This document shows, piece after piece, positions 52,665 to 63,858 of a stretch of 64,000 nucleotides of DNA. The stretch's first letter is position 1; the number at the start of each line of letters is the position of its first letter. Source of the DNA: an uncultured Thermoleophilia bacterium (GTDB lineage: Bacteria > Actinomycetota > Thermoleophilia > UBA2241). The position numbers and the translations under genes are program-made. The notes below the pieces were generated by a model that was not told the DNA's origin, searched no databases, and saw only the letters and a list, made by a program, of their open reading frames with translations. The stretch lies in the NCBI GenBank assembly GCA_963715985.1, contig CAVQSP010000008.1, forward strand, positions 64,001 through 128,000, in the 5' to 3' direction.

Positions 52665-54623
52665 GTGCACGCCGTCGACACGATCCGCAACCTCGCCATC
52701 ATCGCGCACATCGATCACGGCAAGACCACGCTGATCGACAGCATCTTCCGCGCCGCCCACGTGTTCCGCGAGAGCGCGCACATCGACGAACGGGTGATGG
52801 ACAGCAACGACCTCGAGCGCGAGCGCGGCATCACCATCCGCTCCAAGCACTGCACGGTGGAGTGGAAGGACTACCTGATCAACATCATCGACACGCCCGG
52901 CCACGCCGATTTCAGCGGCGAGGTCGAACGCGTGCTCAGCATGGTCGACTCGGTGCTGCTGCTGGTGGACGCCAACGAGGGCCCGATGCCGCAGACGCGC
53001 TACGTGCTCATGCGGGCGCTGGGGTTCGGGCTGCGGCCGATCGTGATCGTCAACAAGGCCGACCGGCCCAACGCCGACCCGTCCGGAGCTCTCGACAAGA
53101 CCTTCGACCTCTTCGTGGAGCTCGGCGCGAACAACGAGCAGCTCGACTTCCCCGTGCTCTACGGCTCCGGCCTCGAGGGCTGGATCGTCAACGACCTGGA
53201 CGAGTACCAGAAGGAAGAGCGCGAGCGCGAGGAGCATCTCGCCGACGGCGGCACGCTCTCCCCGGCGCTGCTCAAGGAGCTCGCCGACGCCGCCATGAAC
53301 GACCTCTTCGAGACGATCATCTCCGAGGTGCCGGCGCCGAACGTCGACCAGGACGCGCCGTTCCTCATGCAGGTGAGCACCCTCGCCTGGAGCGACTACA
53401 TCGGCCGCATCGGCTGCGGGCGCGTGCTCGCCGGCGGCCTCAAGGTCGGCGACGAGCTGCAGCGCATCACCACGCGGCACCTCGAGATCGGCGACCCCGA
53501 CGCCGGCTGGGAGTTCACGGGCGCTCAGACCGCGCGGGTCACGCACCTCTGGGTCACGCGCGGTCTCGAGAACCGCGAGGTCGAAGAGGCCTCCGCCGGC
53601 GATATCGTGTGGCTCGCCGGCCCCGACGACATCACGCTCGGCGACACGCTGGCCTCCACCGAGCTGGAGGCGGCCGGCGCAGCCCTGCCGCCGCTCGAGA
53701 TCGAGGAGCCGACGGTCAGCATGTTCTTCCTCGTCAACAACGGCCCCTTCGCCGGCCAGGACGGGCGCGCCGTCACGCTGCGCCAGATCAAGGACCGGCT
53801 GGAGCGCGAGCTGCGCGTCAACGTCGCGCTGCGCGTGGAGGACCTCGGCCGCCCGGACGGCGTCAAGGTGAGCGGCCGCGGCGAGCTGCACCTCGCGATC
53901 CTCATCGAGGAGATGCGGCGTGAGGGCATGGAGCTGTGCGTGTCGAAGCCCGAGGTCATCACCCATCGCGACTCGAAGGGCAAGCTTCTGGAGCCCATGG
54001 AGCAGCTCATCATCGACGTGCCCGAGGTGTACCAGGGCACGGTGATCCAGGAGCTGAGCCTGCGCAAGGGCGAGCTCGTCGCCGTCGAAGCGACCGGCAC
54101 CGGCCTGGTGCGCCTCGAGTTCACGATCTCCACTCGCGGGCTGATCGGCTATCGCAACGACTTCCTCACGGAGACCCGCGGCTTGGGTGTGATGAGCTCG
54201 CGGTTCACCGGCTACGGCCCGTGGAAGGGCGAGCTCCCCGGCCGCGAGCGCGGCTCGCTGGTCAGCCAGACCGGCGGCGAAGCGGCCGGCTACTCCCTCG
54301 AGAACCTGCAGCAGCGCGCCACCCTCTTCGTCGGCAACATGACGCCGGTCTACGAAGGCATGATCGTCGGCGAGAACTCACGCGCCGACGACATGCTCTG
54401 CAACCCCACCAAGCGCAAGCAGCTCGGCAACTACCGGTCGTCGACCAAGGACATCGACGCCGGTCTCAAGGTGCCGCGCGCCATCACCCTCGAGTCGGCG
54501 CTGGAGTGGATCGCCGACGACGAGCTCGTCGAGGTCACGCCCAAGATCGTGCGCGTGCGCAAGCACATCCTCAGCACCGAGGAGCGCAAGAAGTTCGAGA
54601 AGCGCGGGGCGGCCGAGGCCTGA
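52665..54623 (+). CDS. typA: Translational GTPase TypA/BipA
   Basis: [49 protein letters not shown]. Confidence 0.93.
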   Translation: MHAVDTIRNLAIIAHIDHGKTTLIDSIFRAAHVFRESAHIDERVMDSNDLERERGITIRSKHCTVEWKDYLINIIDTPGHADFSGEVERVLSMVDSVLLLVDANEGPMPQTRYVLMRALGFGLRPIVIVNKADRPNADPSGALDKTFDLFVELGANNEQLDFPVLYGSGLEGWIVNDLDEYQKEEREREEHLADGGTLSPALLKELADAAMNDLFETIISEVPAPNVDQDAPFLMQVSTLAWSDYIGRIGCGRVLAGGLKVGDELQRITTRHLEIGDPDAGWEFTGAQTARVTHLWVTRGLENREVEEASAGDIVWLAGPDDITLGDTLASTELEAAGAALPPLEIEEPTVSMFFLVNNGPFAGQDGRAVTLRQIKDRLERELRVNVALRVEDLGRPDGVKVSGRGELHLAILIEEMRREGMELCVSKPEVITHRDSKGKLLEPMEQLIIDVPEVYQGTVIQELSLRKGELVAVEATGTGLVRLEFTISTRGLIGYRNDFLTETRGLGVMSSRFTGYGPWKGELPGRERGSLVSQTGGEAAGYSLENLQQRATLFVGNMTPVYEGMIVGENSRADDMLCNPTKRKQLGNYRSSTKDIDAGLKVPRAITLESALEWIADDELVEVTPKIVRVRKHILSTEERKKFEKRGAAEA

Positions 54624-54674
54624 CGCGCCGCGCGGCGAGGCCTGACTCCCGCCGGGCCCGGGAACAACCATGAT

Positions 54675-54905
54675 ATGGCCACCGGCTTCCATGCCCTCCT
54701 CGTCTACCCGGCCACGTTCGTCGGCGTGAGCATCGTCGTCTGGCTGCTGTTCAGCCTCATCTGGTACCTCGGCGGCCGCGTAGGCCGGGCGACCGGCGCC
54801 AGCGCCAAGGTCGACCAGTTCCTCGACACCGACGGCGCGCACCTGCCCGACGCGGAGCGCATCAAGGACGACGGCGGCTTCCGCGGCGGTATCGGCGGAC
54901 CGTGA
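54675..54905 (+). CDS. Small single-pass membrane protein (paralog 1)
   Basis: TM helix then GRATGASAKVDQFLDTDGAHLPDAERIKDDGGFRGGIGGP. Confidence 0.6.
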   Translation: MATGFHALLVYPATFVGVSIVVWLLFSLIWYLGGRVGRATGASAKVDQFLDTDGAHLPDAERIKDDGGFRGGIGGP

Positions 54906-55019
54906 ACGCCGCGTCGCCAACCTGCCGGGACACCATGCCGCGCGACGTGATGAATCAGGCCGCGGCGGACGCGCCTCTTGCGCGCGCATCCGCTTCTGCA
55001 GCGCTGCTCTGCTGGATCA

Positions 55020-55247
55020 ATGGTCGCTAGCCTGCCCACCTTCCTCGTTGTCGCGGGCGTCTTTCTTGCCGCCGCCTTCGCCGCCTGGCTTCTGTTCACC
55101 GCCGTCTGGTACGTCGTCAGACGCATCAGCCGGGCCACAGGCGCCGACGCCAAGGTCGACCAGTTCCTTGAGACCGACGGTGCCGGCTTGACCGACGAGG
55201 AGCACATCAAACACGTGGGAGGGTATCGCGGCGGTAGCGGCGGTTGA
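55020..55247 (+). CDS. Small single-pass membrane protein (paralog 2)
   Basis: TM helix then SRATGADAKVDQFLETDGAGLTDEEHIKHVGGYRGGSGG. Confidence 0.6.
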   Translation: MVASLPTFLVVAGVFLAAAFAAWLLFTAVWYVVRRISRATGADAKVDQFLETDGAGLTDEEHIKHVGGYRGGSGG

Positions 55248-55315
55248 GTTCCGCCTGGCGCGAATCCTCAGAGTCTCCGCAGCTCGGCGATCGCTTCGGC
55301 GATGAGCGCCGGACC

Positions 55316-55570
55316 TCACGCGCTCTTCGCCCGCACGATCACCTCGACCTCGCAGTCGAGGACGCGCAGGAGCGTCAGCATCTTGTCCACCGACTTGCGG
55401 TAGTTGGTGGGGTCGATCAGGCGATAGAACTGCGCCGGTGACGTGCCGAGCCGGCGGATGATCTCCCGTCTGGAGAGCGGACTCGCCTCCAGACGCATCA
55501 GAGCCTCCACGGTGAGGTTGTGAAGGAGAAGGTCGCGCATGTAGCCCGGCTCCTCGTTGTAGTCCCCGAC
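55316..55570 (-). pseudogene. C-terminal fragment of an XRE-like HTH (antitoxin-like) protein
   Basis: DYNEEPGYMRDLLL...LSRREIIRRLGTSPAQFYRLIDPTN...LLRVLDCEVEVIV. No plausible own N-terminus. Confidence 0.5.
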
Positions 55571-55689
55571 CGAGGACGTGGTCGCCACTTTGCTTATCCG
55601 GGGCACGACTCCGCCAACCGGAGTGGCACGAGCATATACTGTCGAAGCGCCCTCGCGTCCCGCTCCGGGTCGATGTAGAGCCGACCAGC

Positions 55690-56763
55690 TGGTCGACGGC
55701 GCGGCGCTGGCTCCGCCTTGCTCATAGGGGCCACTGCCTGCGCCGCGCCACCTCGCTGGCCCGCTGTGGCTTGGGCCCAGCTCCGCCATCGCGTAGAGGT
55801 ATCTCAACTCCAGCTCGGTCGTGCGCTCCGCACGCACACGGAAGAAGCTCTCATCGAGCCCGGCTTCGACCAGGGGCAGCACCGACCTGACGTCATCCAG
55901 CGTCACCGGAGAAGCGGAGGTCTCGTCCCAGACGATCCTGCCGTACTCCTGGAGGAAGAAGGGATAGCCCTGGGTGTACGCGACCATGAAGTCGACGGCC
56001 GCGGATCCGAACTCGACGTCCAGCTCTGCGGCCGGCAGGACGAGTGCGTCCCGGGCGTCACTTGCATCCAGCTCACCGATCTGGGGAAAACGGAACAGGC
56101 GCTCGCTGTAGGACTTGGCTTCGCCGGCGAGTCGAGGAATCTGGGGCAGACCGGCGCCGACGAGTGTGATCGGCAGCGAGCGGCGGGTGCACTTGTGCAG
56201 TGCGACGATGAGCGCTTCGAGTTCGGGGGGTCGCAGGAACTGGATCTCGTCGACGAGGAAGACGACGCCGACGCCGCGATCCTGCGCGGCTTCCCCGATG
56301 GCGACGAACAGATCGCTCAGATCCTCGGAGAGCTCACCGCTGTCTCCGCTGCCCGCCAGCGCATCGATGTCGAGGCCGGCCGTCATCGCGCCATCGGGAT
56401 TGAACGTCACGGTGAACGACTTGAGGATGGACGCGGCCCTCAGCACCCGATCCGTCCACTTCGCTTTGGGCGCGATCTGCAGCAGCGCCCGACGCACGTG
56501 CGCCGCCATCTTCGGCGCGAAGGCGGCGTTCTTCTCGACCTCCCACTCCACGGTGGCCCAGTCACGGGCCTCGGCCTTCTCGCGGAACACGTCGAGGAGC
56601 ACCGTCTGCCGACCCCCTGAGCCCCGTGATGATCATGGCTGCTCGACGTAGCCGTTTCAACGTTCGAGCAGGATGTCGAACGACTCGATCTGCTTGTCGC
56701 GCCCGACGAGCGCGGAGGCTTGGTGCCGGCGCCCGGCGCGTAGGGGTTCTTGCGTGGGTCCAT
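55690..56763 (-). pseudogene. Decayed AAA/STAND-like ATP-binding protein
   Basis: MDPRKNPYAPGAGTKPP, broken Walker A (ITGLRGVG.TVLL), Walker B FLVDEIQ, GAGLP, TQGYPFFLQ. Several frameshifts. Confidence 0.7.
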
Positions 56764-56834
56764 GGCCGTCCTTTTCAGACTAGACGAGACTTATCAGATA
56801 CGATAAGCATCGTGCTAGTCTGCAAAGTCGCTTT

Positions 56835-56945
56835 GATCCCGATGGCGCCGGCCGTCTCCCCCCGGCGGACGAGGTCCTCGGGCCAGCCTCGCGCCTGGAT
56901 GGCGGGGTCGATGAGCTTGGCGCGCGCATCGGCTTCGGAGGTCCC
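56835..56945 (-). pseudogene. N-terminal remnant resembling type I restriction enzyme HsdR
   Basis: SEADARAKLIDPAIQARGWPEDLVRRGETAGAI resembles HsdR N-termini from memory. About 35 codons only. Confidence 0.45.
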
Positions 56946-57017
56946 CACCGGCTGCCCCACTGGCCGGTCATCAACCACTATCCGCACAGTCTACGCCGCG
57001 CAACTGACGGGCCCGGC

Positions 57018-57851
57018 TCATACTGACAGCAGCACCACGCCGGTGAAGACGGCGGCGAACCCGGCCCACTGCCGCGGCGAGAGCCGCTCGTGCAGGAGGA
57101 CCTGGGCATAGGCGGTGACCACCACGGGTGACAGGGACCCGAGGATCGCCACCACGCTCAGGTAGCCGATGCCCGTCGCCACGGTGAACAGGATGTTGGC
57201 GACGGTCAGCAGCAACCCGACGGCGATCAGGGCCGGCACGTTCTGCCCCTTCAGCGAGAGCCCCCGCTTCGACACGAGCATGTACACGGCCAGGATGGCG
57301 GCCGCCGAGATGCGGGCGTCGAACACCGCCCAGTAGGGACTGTCTCGGCCGCTGGTGCCGAAGGCCAGCAGGAGGAAGCCCCAGCAGACCGCCGCGAGGA
57401 TCGCGAGCAGCACGGCCGTCCGGGCGTGCTGCGTGCGTGTGCGGCGGTGGGCCCACGAGATCAGCACGACCCCGGCGATGGTGACGACCATGCCGACGTA
57501 GGCGGGCAGGCCGGGCCGCTCGCCGCGAAAGAGCCCGGCCGCGACCGGTATCAGTACTTCAGAGGCGATGATCGGCGCGACGATGCTCATGGTGCCGATG
57601 GCCAGCGCCCGGTAGAAGGCCACGAGACCTATGGCCGTGAGGACGCCGGCGACCAGCAGCACCGTGGTGTCCCACCAGCCCGGAGGAGCTTGTCGGACGA
57701 TGAGCACCGCCGCCCCGGCCACCAGCGCGGCGGCGATCTGGCTCAGCGTGGTGACGTGCCACACCGAGCGGCGGCGGCTCTCGACGCCGGCCAGGTAGCT
57801 GGACGACCCCCAGGTGAAGCTGGCGAGGAGGGCGAGCAGGGGCGCGAGCAT
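57018..57851 (-). CDS. DMT/EamA family transporter
   Basis: About 10 TM helices, FYRALAIGTMSIVAPI, LLHERLSPRQWAG. Confidence 0.85.
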   Translation of the reverse strand: MLAPLLALLASFTWGSSSYLAGVESRRRSVWHVTTLSQIAAALVAGAAVLIVRQAPPGWWDTTVLLVAGVLTAIGLVAFYRALAIGTMSIVAPIIASEVLIPVAAGLFRGERPGLPAYVGMVVTIAGVVLISWAHRRTRTQHARTAVLLAILAAVCWGFLLLAFGTSGRDSPYWAVFDARISAAAILAVYMLVSKRGLSLKGQNVPALIAVGLLLTVANILFTVATGIGYLSVVAILGSLSPVVVTAYAQVLLHERLSPRQWAGFAAVFTGVVLLSV

Positions 57852-58007
57852 GACTCAGTCCCGCGCCGGCGTCGCGCGGGACGCGGCCGGTCTCACGGGG
57901 TGGTGTGGGCGGCAGTGAACGGCATGGTGCGGCAAGCGTATCGGAATGGACTGTGTGACGACGCGGGTGCAGTATGTGGCCCACCACCAGCACACGAGGA
58001 GGACGCG

Positions 58008-58328
58008 ATGCCCAAGTACCTGATCTCGGCCAGCTACAGTGCCGAGGGGATGAAGGGGCTGCTGAGAGAGGGCGGGAGTTCGCGGGAGTCGATGATCGCC
58101 GACATCGCCAAGAACCTCGACGGCTCTCTGGAGGCGTTCTACTACGCCTTCGGCGAGAACGACGTGTACAGCATCGTCGACCTGCCGGACAACGTCACGG
58201 CGGCGGCGATGGCCGCGCACATCACCGCCGGCGGCATGGTGAGGTGCAAGGTCACGGTGCTCCTCACGCCGGAGGAGGTCGACAAGTCGGCGCGTACCAA
58301 GATGTTCTTCCGGCCGCCCGGGGCCTGA
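58008..58328 (+). CDS. GYD domain protein
   Basis: MPKYLISASYSAEG, FYYAFGENDVYSIVDLPD, LLTPEEVD. GAGGAGG RBS. Confidence 0.8.
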   Translation: MPKYLISASYSAEGMKGLLREGGSSRESMIADIAKNLDGSLEAFYYAFGENDVYSIVDLPDNVTAAAMAAHITAGGMVRCKVTVLLTPEEVDKSARTKMFFRPPGA

Positions 58329-58335
58329 GCCGGCC

Positions 58336-59779
58336 ATGGGCAGAGAGGCGCAGTTCTACATCGGCGGGCGCTGGGTCGACCCCGTCGGAGCCAGGCAGGA
58401 CGATAGCGGTCATCGACCCGGCGACCGAGGAGGAAGTCACGCGGGTGGCGGCCGCCTCGTCCGCCGACGTGGAGTCGGCGGTGCAGGCGGCCCATCGGGC
58501 CTTCGAAGGCTACTCGAAGACGACGCGCGAAGAGCGCCTCGAGCTGCTCACCCACCTGCGCGAGGCGTACAAGAAGCGGATCCCCGAGATCGCGGCCGCG
58601 ATGACGACCGAGGTCGGCATCCCGCGCGGCCTCGCCGAGGGCGGCCAGGTGCTGGCCGGCGCGCGCCACCTCAAGGAGGCCATCGAGGCGCTGCGCGACT
58701 ACCCGCTGGAGCAGGACTGGGGCTCGACCCGCATCGTGCGCGAGCCCATCGGCGTGTGCGCCCTGCTCGCGCCGTGGAACTGGCCGATGAACCAGGTGAC
58801 GTGCAAGGTCGGGCCGGCGCTCGCCGCCGGCTGCACGATGGTCCTCAAGCCGAGCCAGCTCGCGCCGCTCTCGGCGCTGCTCTTCGCCGAGGCGGTGGAC
58901 GAGGCCGGCATTCCCGCCGGCGTGTTCAACATGGTGAACGGCGCCGGCGCTGCGCTGGGAGAGGCGTTCGCGACGCACCCGCTCGTCGACATGGTGTCCA
59001 TCACCGGCTCGACTGCGGTCGGCGGCGTGGTGGCTGCCGCGGCGGCGCCGTCGATCAAGCGCGTCTCCCAGGAGCTCGGCGGCAAATCGGCCAACATCGT
59101 CTTCGGCGACGTGAACGTCCGCAGGGTCGTCGCCTCCGGCACGCTGGGCTGCATGCACAACTCGGGCCAGACCTGCAACGCGCCCACACGGATGCTCGTC
59201 GCCGAGGAGATCTACGACGAGGCCGTCGAGGTCGCGGCGAGGGCCGCCGACGGCGTGGCGGTCGGCGATCCGCGCGACCAGGCCACCTTCATGGGCCCCG
59301 TGGCCGGCCGCAAACAGTTCGAGACGGTGCGCAGCTACATCGAGGCGGGCATCGCCGAGGGCGCGCGCCTGGTCGCCGGCGGGCTCGAGCGCCCGGACGG
59401 CCTCGACAAGGGGTTCTTCGTGCGGCCCACGGTCTTCGCCGACGTGACGCCCGACATGCGCGTGTTCCGCGAGGAGATCTTCGGGCCGGTGCTCTGCATG
59501 ACGCCGTTCCGCGACGAGGCGCACGCCATCGAGCTGGCCAACGCCACCGACTTCGGGCTCTCCGGCTACGTGCAGTCGGCCGACCTGGAGCGGGCGCGGC
59601 GCGTGGCCGGCCGCATGCGCACCGGCATGGTGCACCTCAACGGGGCGCCGACCGACGGGCGCGCGCCCTTCGGCGGCTACAAGCAGTCGGGCAACGGCCG
59701 CGAGTGGGGCCGGTTCGGGCTGGAGGACTACCTCGAGGTCAAGGCGATCATGGGGTACGGAGGCGCGCCGACCGGCTGA
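58336..59779 (+). CDS. NAD(P)-dependent aldehyde dehydrogenase, one-base frameshift near 58395
   Basis: FYIGGRWVDP, PWNWP, ITGST, QELGGKSA, SGQTC, EEIFGP, PFGGYKQSG. Confidence 0.9.
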
Positions 59780-59842
59780 GTGGGAGCCGCCGGCCGGTCG
59801 CCCCTGCGCTTCGCCGCGCTCCTGACCAGGCGTCCCACGACG

Positions 59843-60103
59843 TCAGTCCTCTGGCGCCCACCCCGGTTGCTCGTCGGCCTCCTCGAGCGCTCCAAGGACT
59901 TCCCTGGCCTCTTCGAGACGGTCGGGTTCGACGAGGACGGCGACCAATCCCAACCCGCCGCCCGATCCCGCGAAGAGCCAGCCGCCGTGCTGCTCAGGAC
60001 GGGTCATGGCGGGGATCCCGGCATCCTCGAGCGCACCCTTGATGGTGTCCGCGGCGAACGTCCCCAGCACCATCGTCAGCGTGACGAGCTGCGCCTTGCC
60101 CAT
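59843..60103 (-). CDS. DUF2007-like putative signal-transducing protein
   Basis: AADTIKGALEDAGI...VLVEPDRLEEAREVL. Start overlaps the upstream gene's stop codon. Confidence 0.65.
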   Translation of the reverse strand: MGKAQLVTLTMVLGTFAADTIKGALEDAGIPAMTRPEQHGGWLFAGSGGGLGLVAVLVEPDRLEEAREVLGALEEADEQPGWAPED

Positions 60104-61444
60104 CAGGGTCGCCGCGCCAGGTCGTCCAGGATCAGGTCGACGTCCCCGCGCGTGGTGAGAGGGTTGATGAAGCAGAAGCGCAACACCGTCTCCCCGGCGT
60201 GTTTGGTGGGCGTGACCATGCCGAGCCCGCTGCGCAACGCGGCCACGCTCCACGCGTCGTAGGCGGTCGCGTCCCAGCCCACGCGGCGGAACAGCATCAC
60301 GGTGAGCGCGGGCTCGAGGACGAGCTCGAGCATGGCGCTCTCCCGGATGCGGTCGGCCGCGTACAGGGCGATGTCGTGGCAGTGCTCGATCGCCTCGACG
60401 TACGCGTCCGTACCGTAGGCGAGCACCGAGACCCACAGGGGCAGGCCGCGCGGGCGGCGGGTGAGGTGCACGGCGAGGTCAGAGGGGTTGCCGGCCTCCT
60501 CGTCGACGAGGAAGTCGAGGTAGTCCGCTTCCTGCGTGAGCGCCTGACGGGCGGCCGCGGCGTCCCGGTACACGAGCGCCGCGCAGTCGAACGGCAGGTA
60601 GAGCCACTTGTGCGGATTCACGATGAACGAATCCGCCCGCTCGATGCCGGCGAACAGACCGCGAAGGCGGGGAGACAGCAGCGCCGCGCCGCCGTAGGCG
60701 CCGTCCACGTGCAGCCACAGTCCGCGGTCGGCGCAGACGTCGGCGATGCTCTCGAGGTCGTCCACGGCGCCGGTGTTGGTCGCGCCGGCGGCGGCCACCA
60801 CGGCCACGATGTCGGCCGGGTCGCGCCCGTCGAGGGCGGCGACCAGCGTGCGCCCGTCGAGGCGGCCGTGGTCGTCGGCCGGCGGCGCCACGACGAGGTC
60901 GCAGCCCATGACGCGCGCCGCGGCGGCGAGCGACGAGTGCGCCGAGGCGCCGGTGACGACGGCCTGGCGGCGCGGGCAGGCGTAGCCGTCCCCGCGCGCG
61001 GCCACGAGGGCGCTGAGGTTGGCCATCGAGCCGCCGGAGACGAAGGTGCCGCCGGCGCTCGCCGGGAACCCTGCGGCGTCGGCGAGCCAGCGCAGCGTCG
61101 CGTCCTCGGCGTCCACGGCGGCGGCCCCCTCCAGGCGCGTACCGCCGAAGACCATCCCCGCCGAGAGCGCCATGTCGGCGAGCGCCGCGGCCACGGTCGG
61201 CGTCCCCGGGACAAAGGCCAGGAAGCGGGGGTGGTCCGGTGGCACAGCCGTCGGTACCACCGTGTCGAGGAGCGTGCGCAGCGCCGCCTCGGTGCCGATG
61301 CCCTGCGCGCTGAACGCCGGCAGCGTCACGCGCCGGATCGGCCGGCGGCAGCGTGCTGCGCCTGTCGGCGAGTCGCGCCAGCGCCCAGTCCATCAGCTCG
61401 CGGGCGGCGGCGGCGTCCTCAGGCGTGGGCTCGTGCATGCGCAT
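60103..61444 (-). CDS. Group II PLP-dependent amino acid decarboxylase, one-base frameshift near 61335
   Basis: DHPRFLAFVP, FVSGGSMANL, AHSS, HVDGAYGG, NPHKWL (PLP lysine). Confidence 0.88.
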
Positions 61445-61546
61445 GCGTTGCATCCTATCGCGCCTTGGTGGGACGGGCGGTCGCGACCGAGAAGGTGCGT
61501 GCGCGCACAGGGGTTAGGAAGCCGCGCTCCCAGAGAACATGAGGGT

Positions 61547-62239
61547 ATGGACCGCACAGGGCAGAAGCGTGCCGCCGCCCGGGCGGCGATCGAGTTCGTG
61601 CAGGCCGGCGCCGTGATCGGTGTCGGCACCGGGAGCACGGCGGCGTTCTTCGTCGAAGCGCTCGCGGACCTGCCGCCGGAGAGACGGCCGGCTGCGGCGG
61701 TGGCCAGCTCGGAGGCCACGGCCGCCGCGCTCCGCGCTGCCGGCATCGCCGTGGTCGAGCTCGCGTCGCTCGAGCCGCCGGCGCCGGGCGCCGCGATGCT
61801 GCCGCTGTACGTGGACGGCGCCGACGAGGTCGACCCGAAGCTGCGCCTCATCAAGGGCGCCGGCGGCGCCCTGACGCGCGAGAAGGTGCTGGCGACCGCC
61901 GCGCGGCTGTTCGTCTGCGTCGTCGATGAGTCCAAGCTGGTCGAGGGGCTGGGCGCGGCGCCGGTGCCGCTCGAGGTGGTGCCGATGGCCGCGGCGTTCG
62001 TCGCCGCGCACGTGACTGCGCGCGGCGGCCACCCCGCGGTCCGCCCCGGCTACCTCACGGACAACGGCAACGCCGTGCTGGACGTGATGGGGCTCGACCT
62101 CTCAGACCCGGAGGGTCTGGAAGTCGAGCTCAACGCCATTCCCGGCGTGCTCGACTGCGGCGTCTTCGCGCGCCGGCGCGCCGACCTCGTGCTCGCCGGC
62201 GCCGCGACGGGGGTCAGGACGCTGCGCCCGCCTCGGTAG
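61547..62239 (+). CDS. rpiA: Ribose-5-phosphate isomerase A
   Basis: GVGTGST, DGADEVD, IKGAGGALTREK, TDNGN. Confidence 0.93.
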   Translation: MDRTGQKRAAARAAIEFVQAGAVIGVGTGSTAAFFVEALADLPPERRPAAAVASSEATAAALRAAGIAVVELASLEPPAPGAAMLPLYVDGADEVDPKLRLIKGAGGALTREKVLATAARLFVCVVDESKLVEGLGAAPVPLEVVPMAAAFVAAHVTARGGHPAVRPGYLTDNGNAVLDVMGLDLSDPEGLEVELNAIPGVLDCGVFARRRADLVLAGAATGVRTLRPPR

Positions 62240-62406
62240 CCGCTGCTTCGCCCGCCCCGGTACCCTCTTGTCCGGCGGCCCCGATCGCGGTCGCTCCGCC
62301 CGTCCGGCGGGCCCGCCCCGATCCTGGCGGCGGTCCTCCTCCTGACGCAGGCCCCTGTGCTACGCTCGCCGCGGAGCAGGTCTCGGCCACGACCGCTGGT
62401 GGGGGT

Positions 62407-63843
62407 GTGGACGTGGGGGCATGGATCGTGCGGGCGCTCGCCGTGGGGGCGAGCTTGTGGGCGGCCGGTCTGGTCGTCCTCGGTCCGGCCGCGGCCGCCT
62501 CCGGCAGCGCGGCCACCGCTCCGGTGTCCTCCTTCCGCGAGCGGGACTTCGCGGTGCCGGTGATGGTGCTCGTGAACCGGCTCTACTCCGGTGACCGGCC
62601 GGTGCCCCGGCGAGACGGCGGCGTGCACGATGCACACGGTGTGCGCATGCGCCTGGTGGCCGGTGAGCTCCGCGACCTCCCCAGACTGCAGGCGACCTAC
62701 GGGCTCCTGAACCTCAACACGTACCGGCTCACCGGTGACGGGTTCTTCCTCGAACGGGCGCTGGCTCAGGCCCGGCGGCTCGTCTCCAACATGGTCACAT
62801 CCGGTGGCGCCTGGTTCGTGCCCACGCCCATCAGCTGCCATCGCCACGGTGTCGGCAGCGAGCCCATCGCCGCACCGTACTTCTCGGCGCTCGCCCAGGG
62901 GCGCACGCTGCTCTTCTTCTCGCGGCTCGCCGCGGTGACGGGTGAACAGCGCTGGCGCACCGCCGCCGGCCGCGTGTTCGCCGCGTTCCGGCTGCGCGAG
63001 CCGCGCCGGGGCCCGTGCGTGATCACGGTGGACGACGATGACTGTCTCTGGCTCCAGGAGTGGCCGTGGGCCGGGTGGCTGCCGGACGACACCTTCAACG
63101 GGCACATCTCCGCCGCCTTCGGCATCTACGAGTACTACTGCGTCACCCGCGACCCCCTCGCCCTCTCCCTGTTTCGCGGCGCGGCCACCACGGCGCTGCA
63201 CTACGCGCCCACGTTCCGCCAGCCCGGGTGGCTCAGCCACTACTGCCTCGCCCACCTGATCACCAACCCCAACTACCACCGCATCCACGTCCAGCAGCTG
63301 TTGGTGCTCCACACCTTCACGCGCGAGCCTGAGTTCGCGCACTACGCCGACCTGTTCGAGAGTGACTACCCCGCGCCGTCGGTCTCGGGAAGCCTGCGGA
63401 TCTGCGCCGGCACGCACGTGGTCGCGCGCCCGGCCGGAGATGAGGCGGGCGCGCGGGCGACGGTGACGTTCGCGCATCCGGTCCGCGCCCGCGTGACGCG
63501 GCGCCAGCGGATGCGCGGCGACGGCATCTTCTTCCGCGTGGCGAGCGGGCCGTTGTCCGGGCAGTGGATCGAGGAGGAACCGGGGCGCGTGTACTTGCCG
63601 GGCCCGGTGGTCCAACTCCGGTACTGGCCCCTCCGGGCGCTGACGCTGGCCGCGGGCCGCACGTACACGGCGCGCCGGTACGGCGACGGCGGCGCCGAGG
63701 TGGCACGGGCCGCGGTGGCGGCCGGCGCGACGCTGGCTGTGGATCGCGGCGCCGTGGTGGACGGCTACCCGAGCGTGCGCCTCAGCGGCGGCGAGCTGAA
63801 CGGGTATTGGCTGCGGCTGGGGAGCGGCGTCACGCTGCGCTGA
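62407..63843 (+). CDS. Secreted D-glucuronyl C5-epimerase family protein
   Basis: Signal peptide, FSALAQG, WLQEWP, FNGHISAAFGIYEY, YHRIHVQQL. Confidence 0.75.
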   Translation: MDVGAWIVRALAVGASLWAAGLVVLGPAAAASGSAATAPVSSFRERDFAVPVMVLVNRLYSGDRPVPRRDGGVHDAHGVRMRLVAGELRDLPRLQATYGLLNLNTYRLTGDGFFLERALAQARRLVSNMVTSGGAWFVPTPISCHRHGVGSEPIAAPYFSALAQGRTLLFFSRLAAVTGEQRWRTAAGRVFAAFRLREPRRGPCVITVDDDDCLWLQEWPWAGWLPDDTFNGHISAAFGIYEYYCVTRDPLALSLFRGAATTALHYAPTFRQPGWLSHYCLAHLITNPNYHRIHVQQLLVLHTFTREPEFAHYADLFESDYPAPSVSGSLRICAGTHVVARPAGDEAGARATVTFAHPVRARVTRRQRMRGDGIFFRVASGPLSGQWIEEEPGRVYLPGPVVQLRYWPLRALTLAAGRTYTARRYGDGGAEVARAAVAAGATLAVDRGAVVDGYPSVRLSGGELNGYWLRLGSGVTLR

Positions 63844-63858
63844 CCGGATGCCCCGGGT

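Noticed and set aside
62222-62270. Short imperfect direct repeat at the rpiA 3' end
   Set aside because: Two roughly 20-bp GC-rich copies with mismatches, no associated integrase or element. Likely a local duplication or chance.
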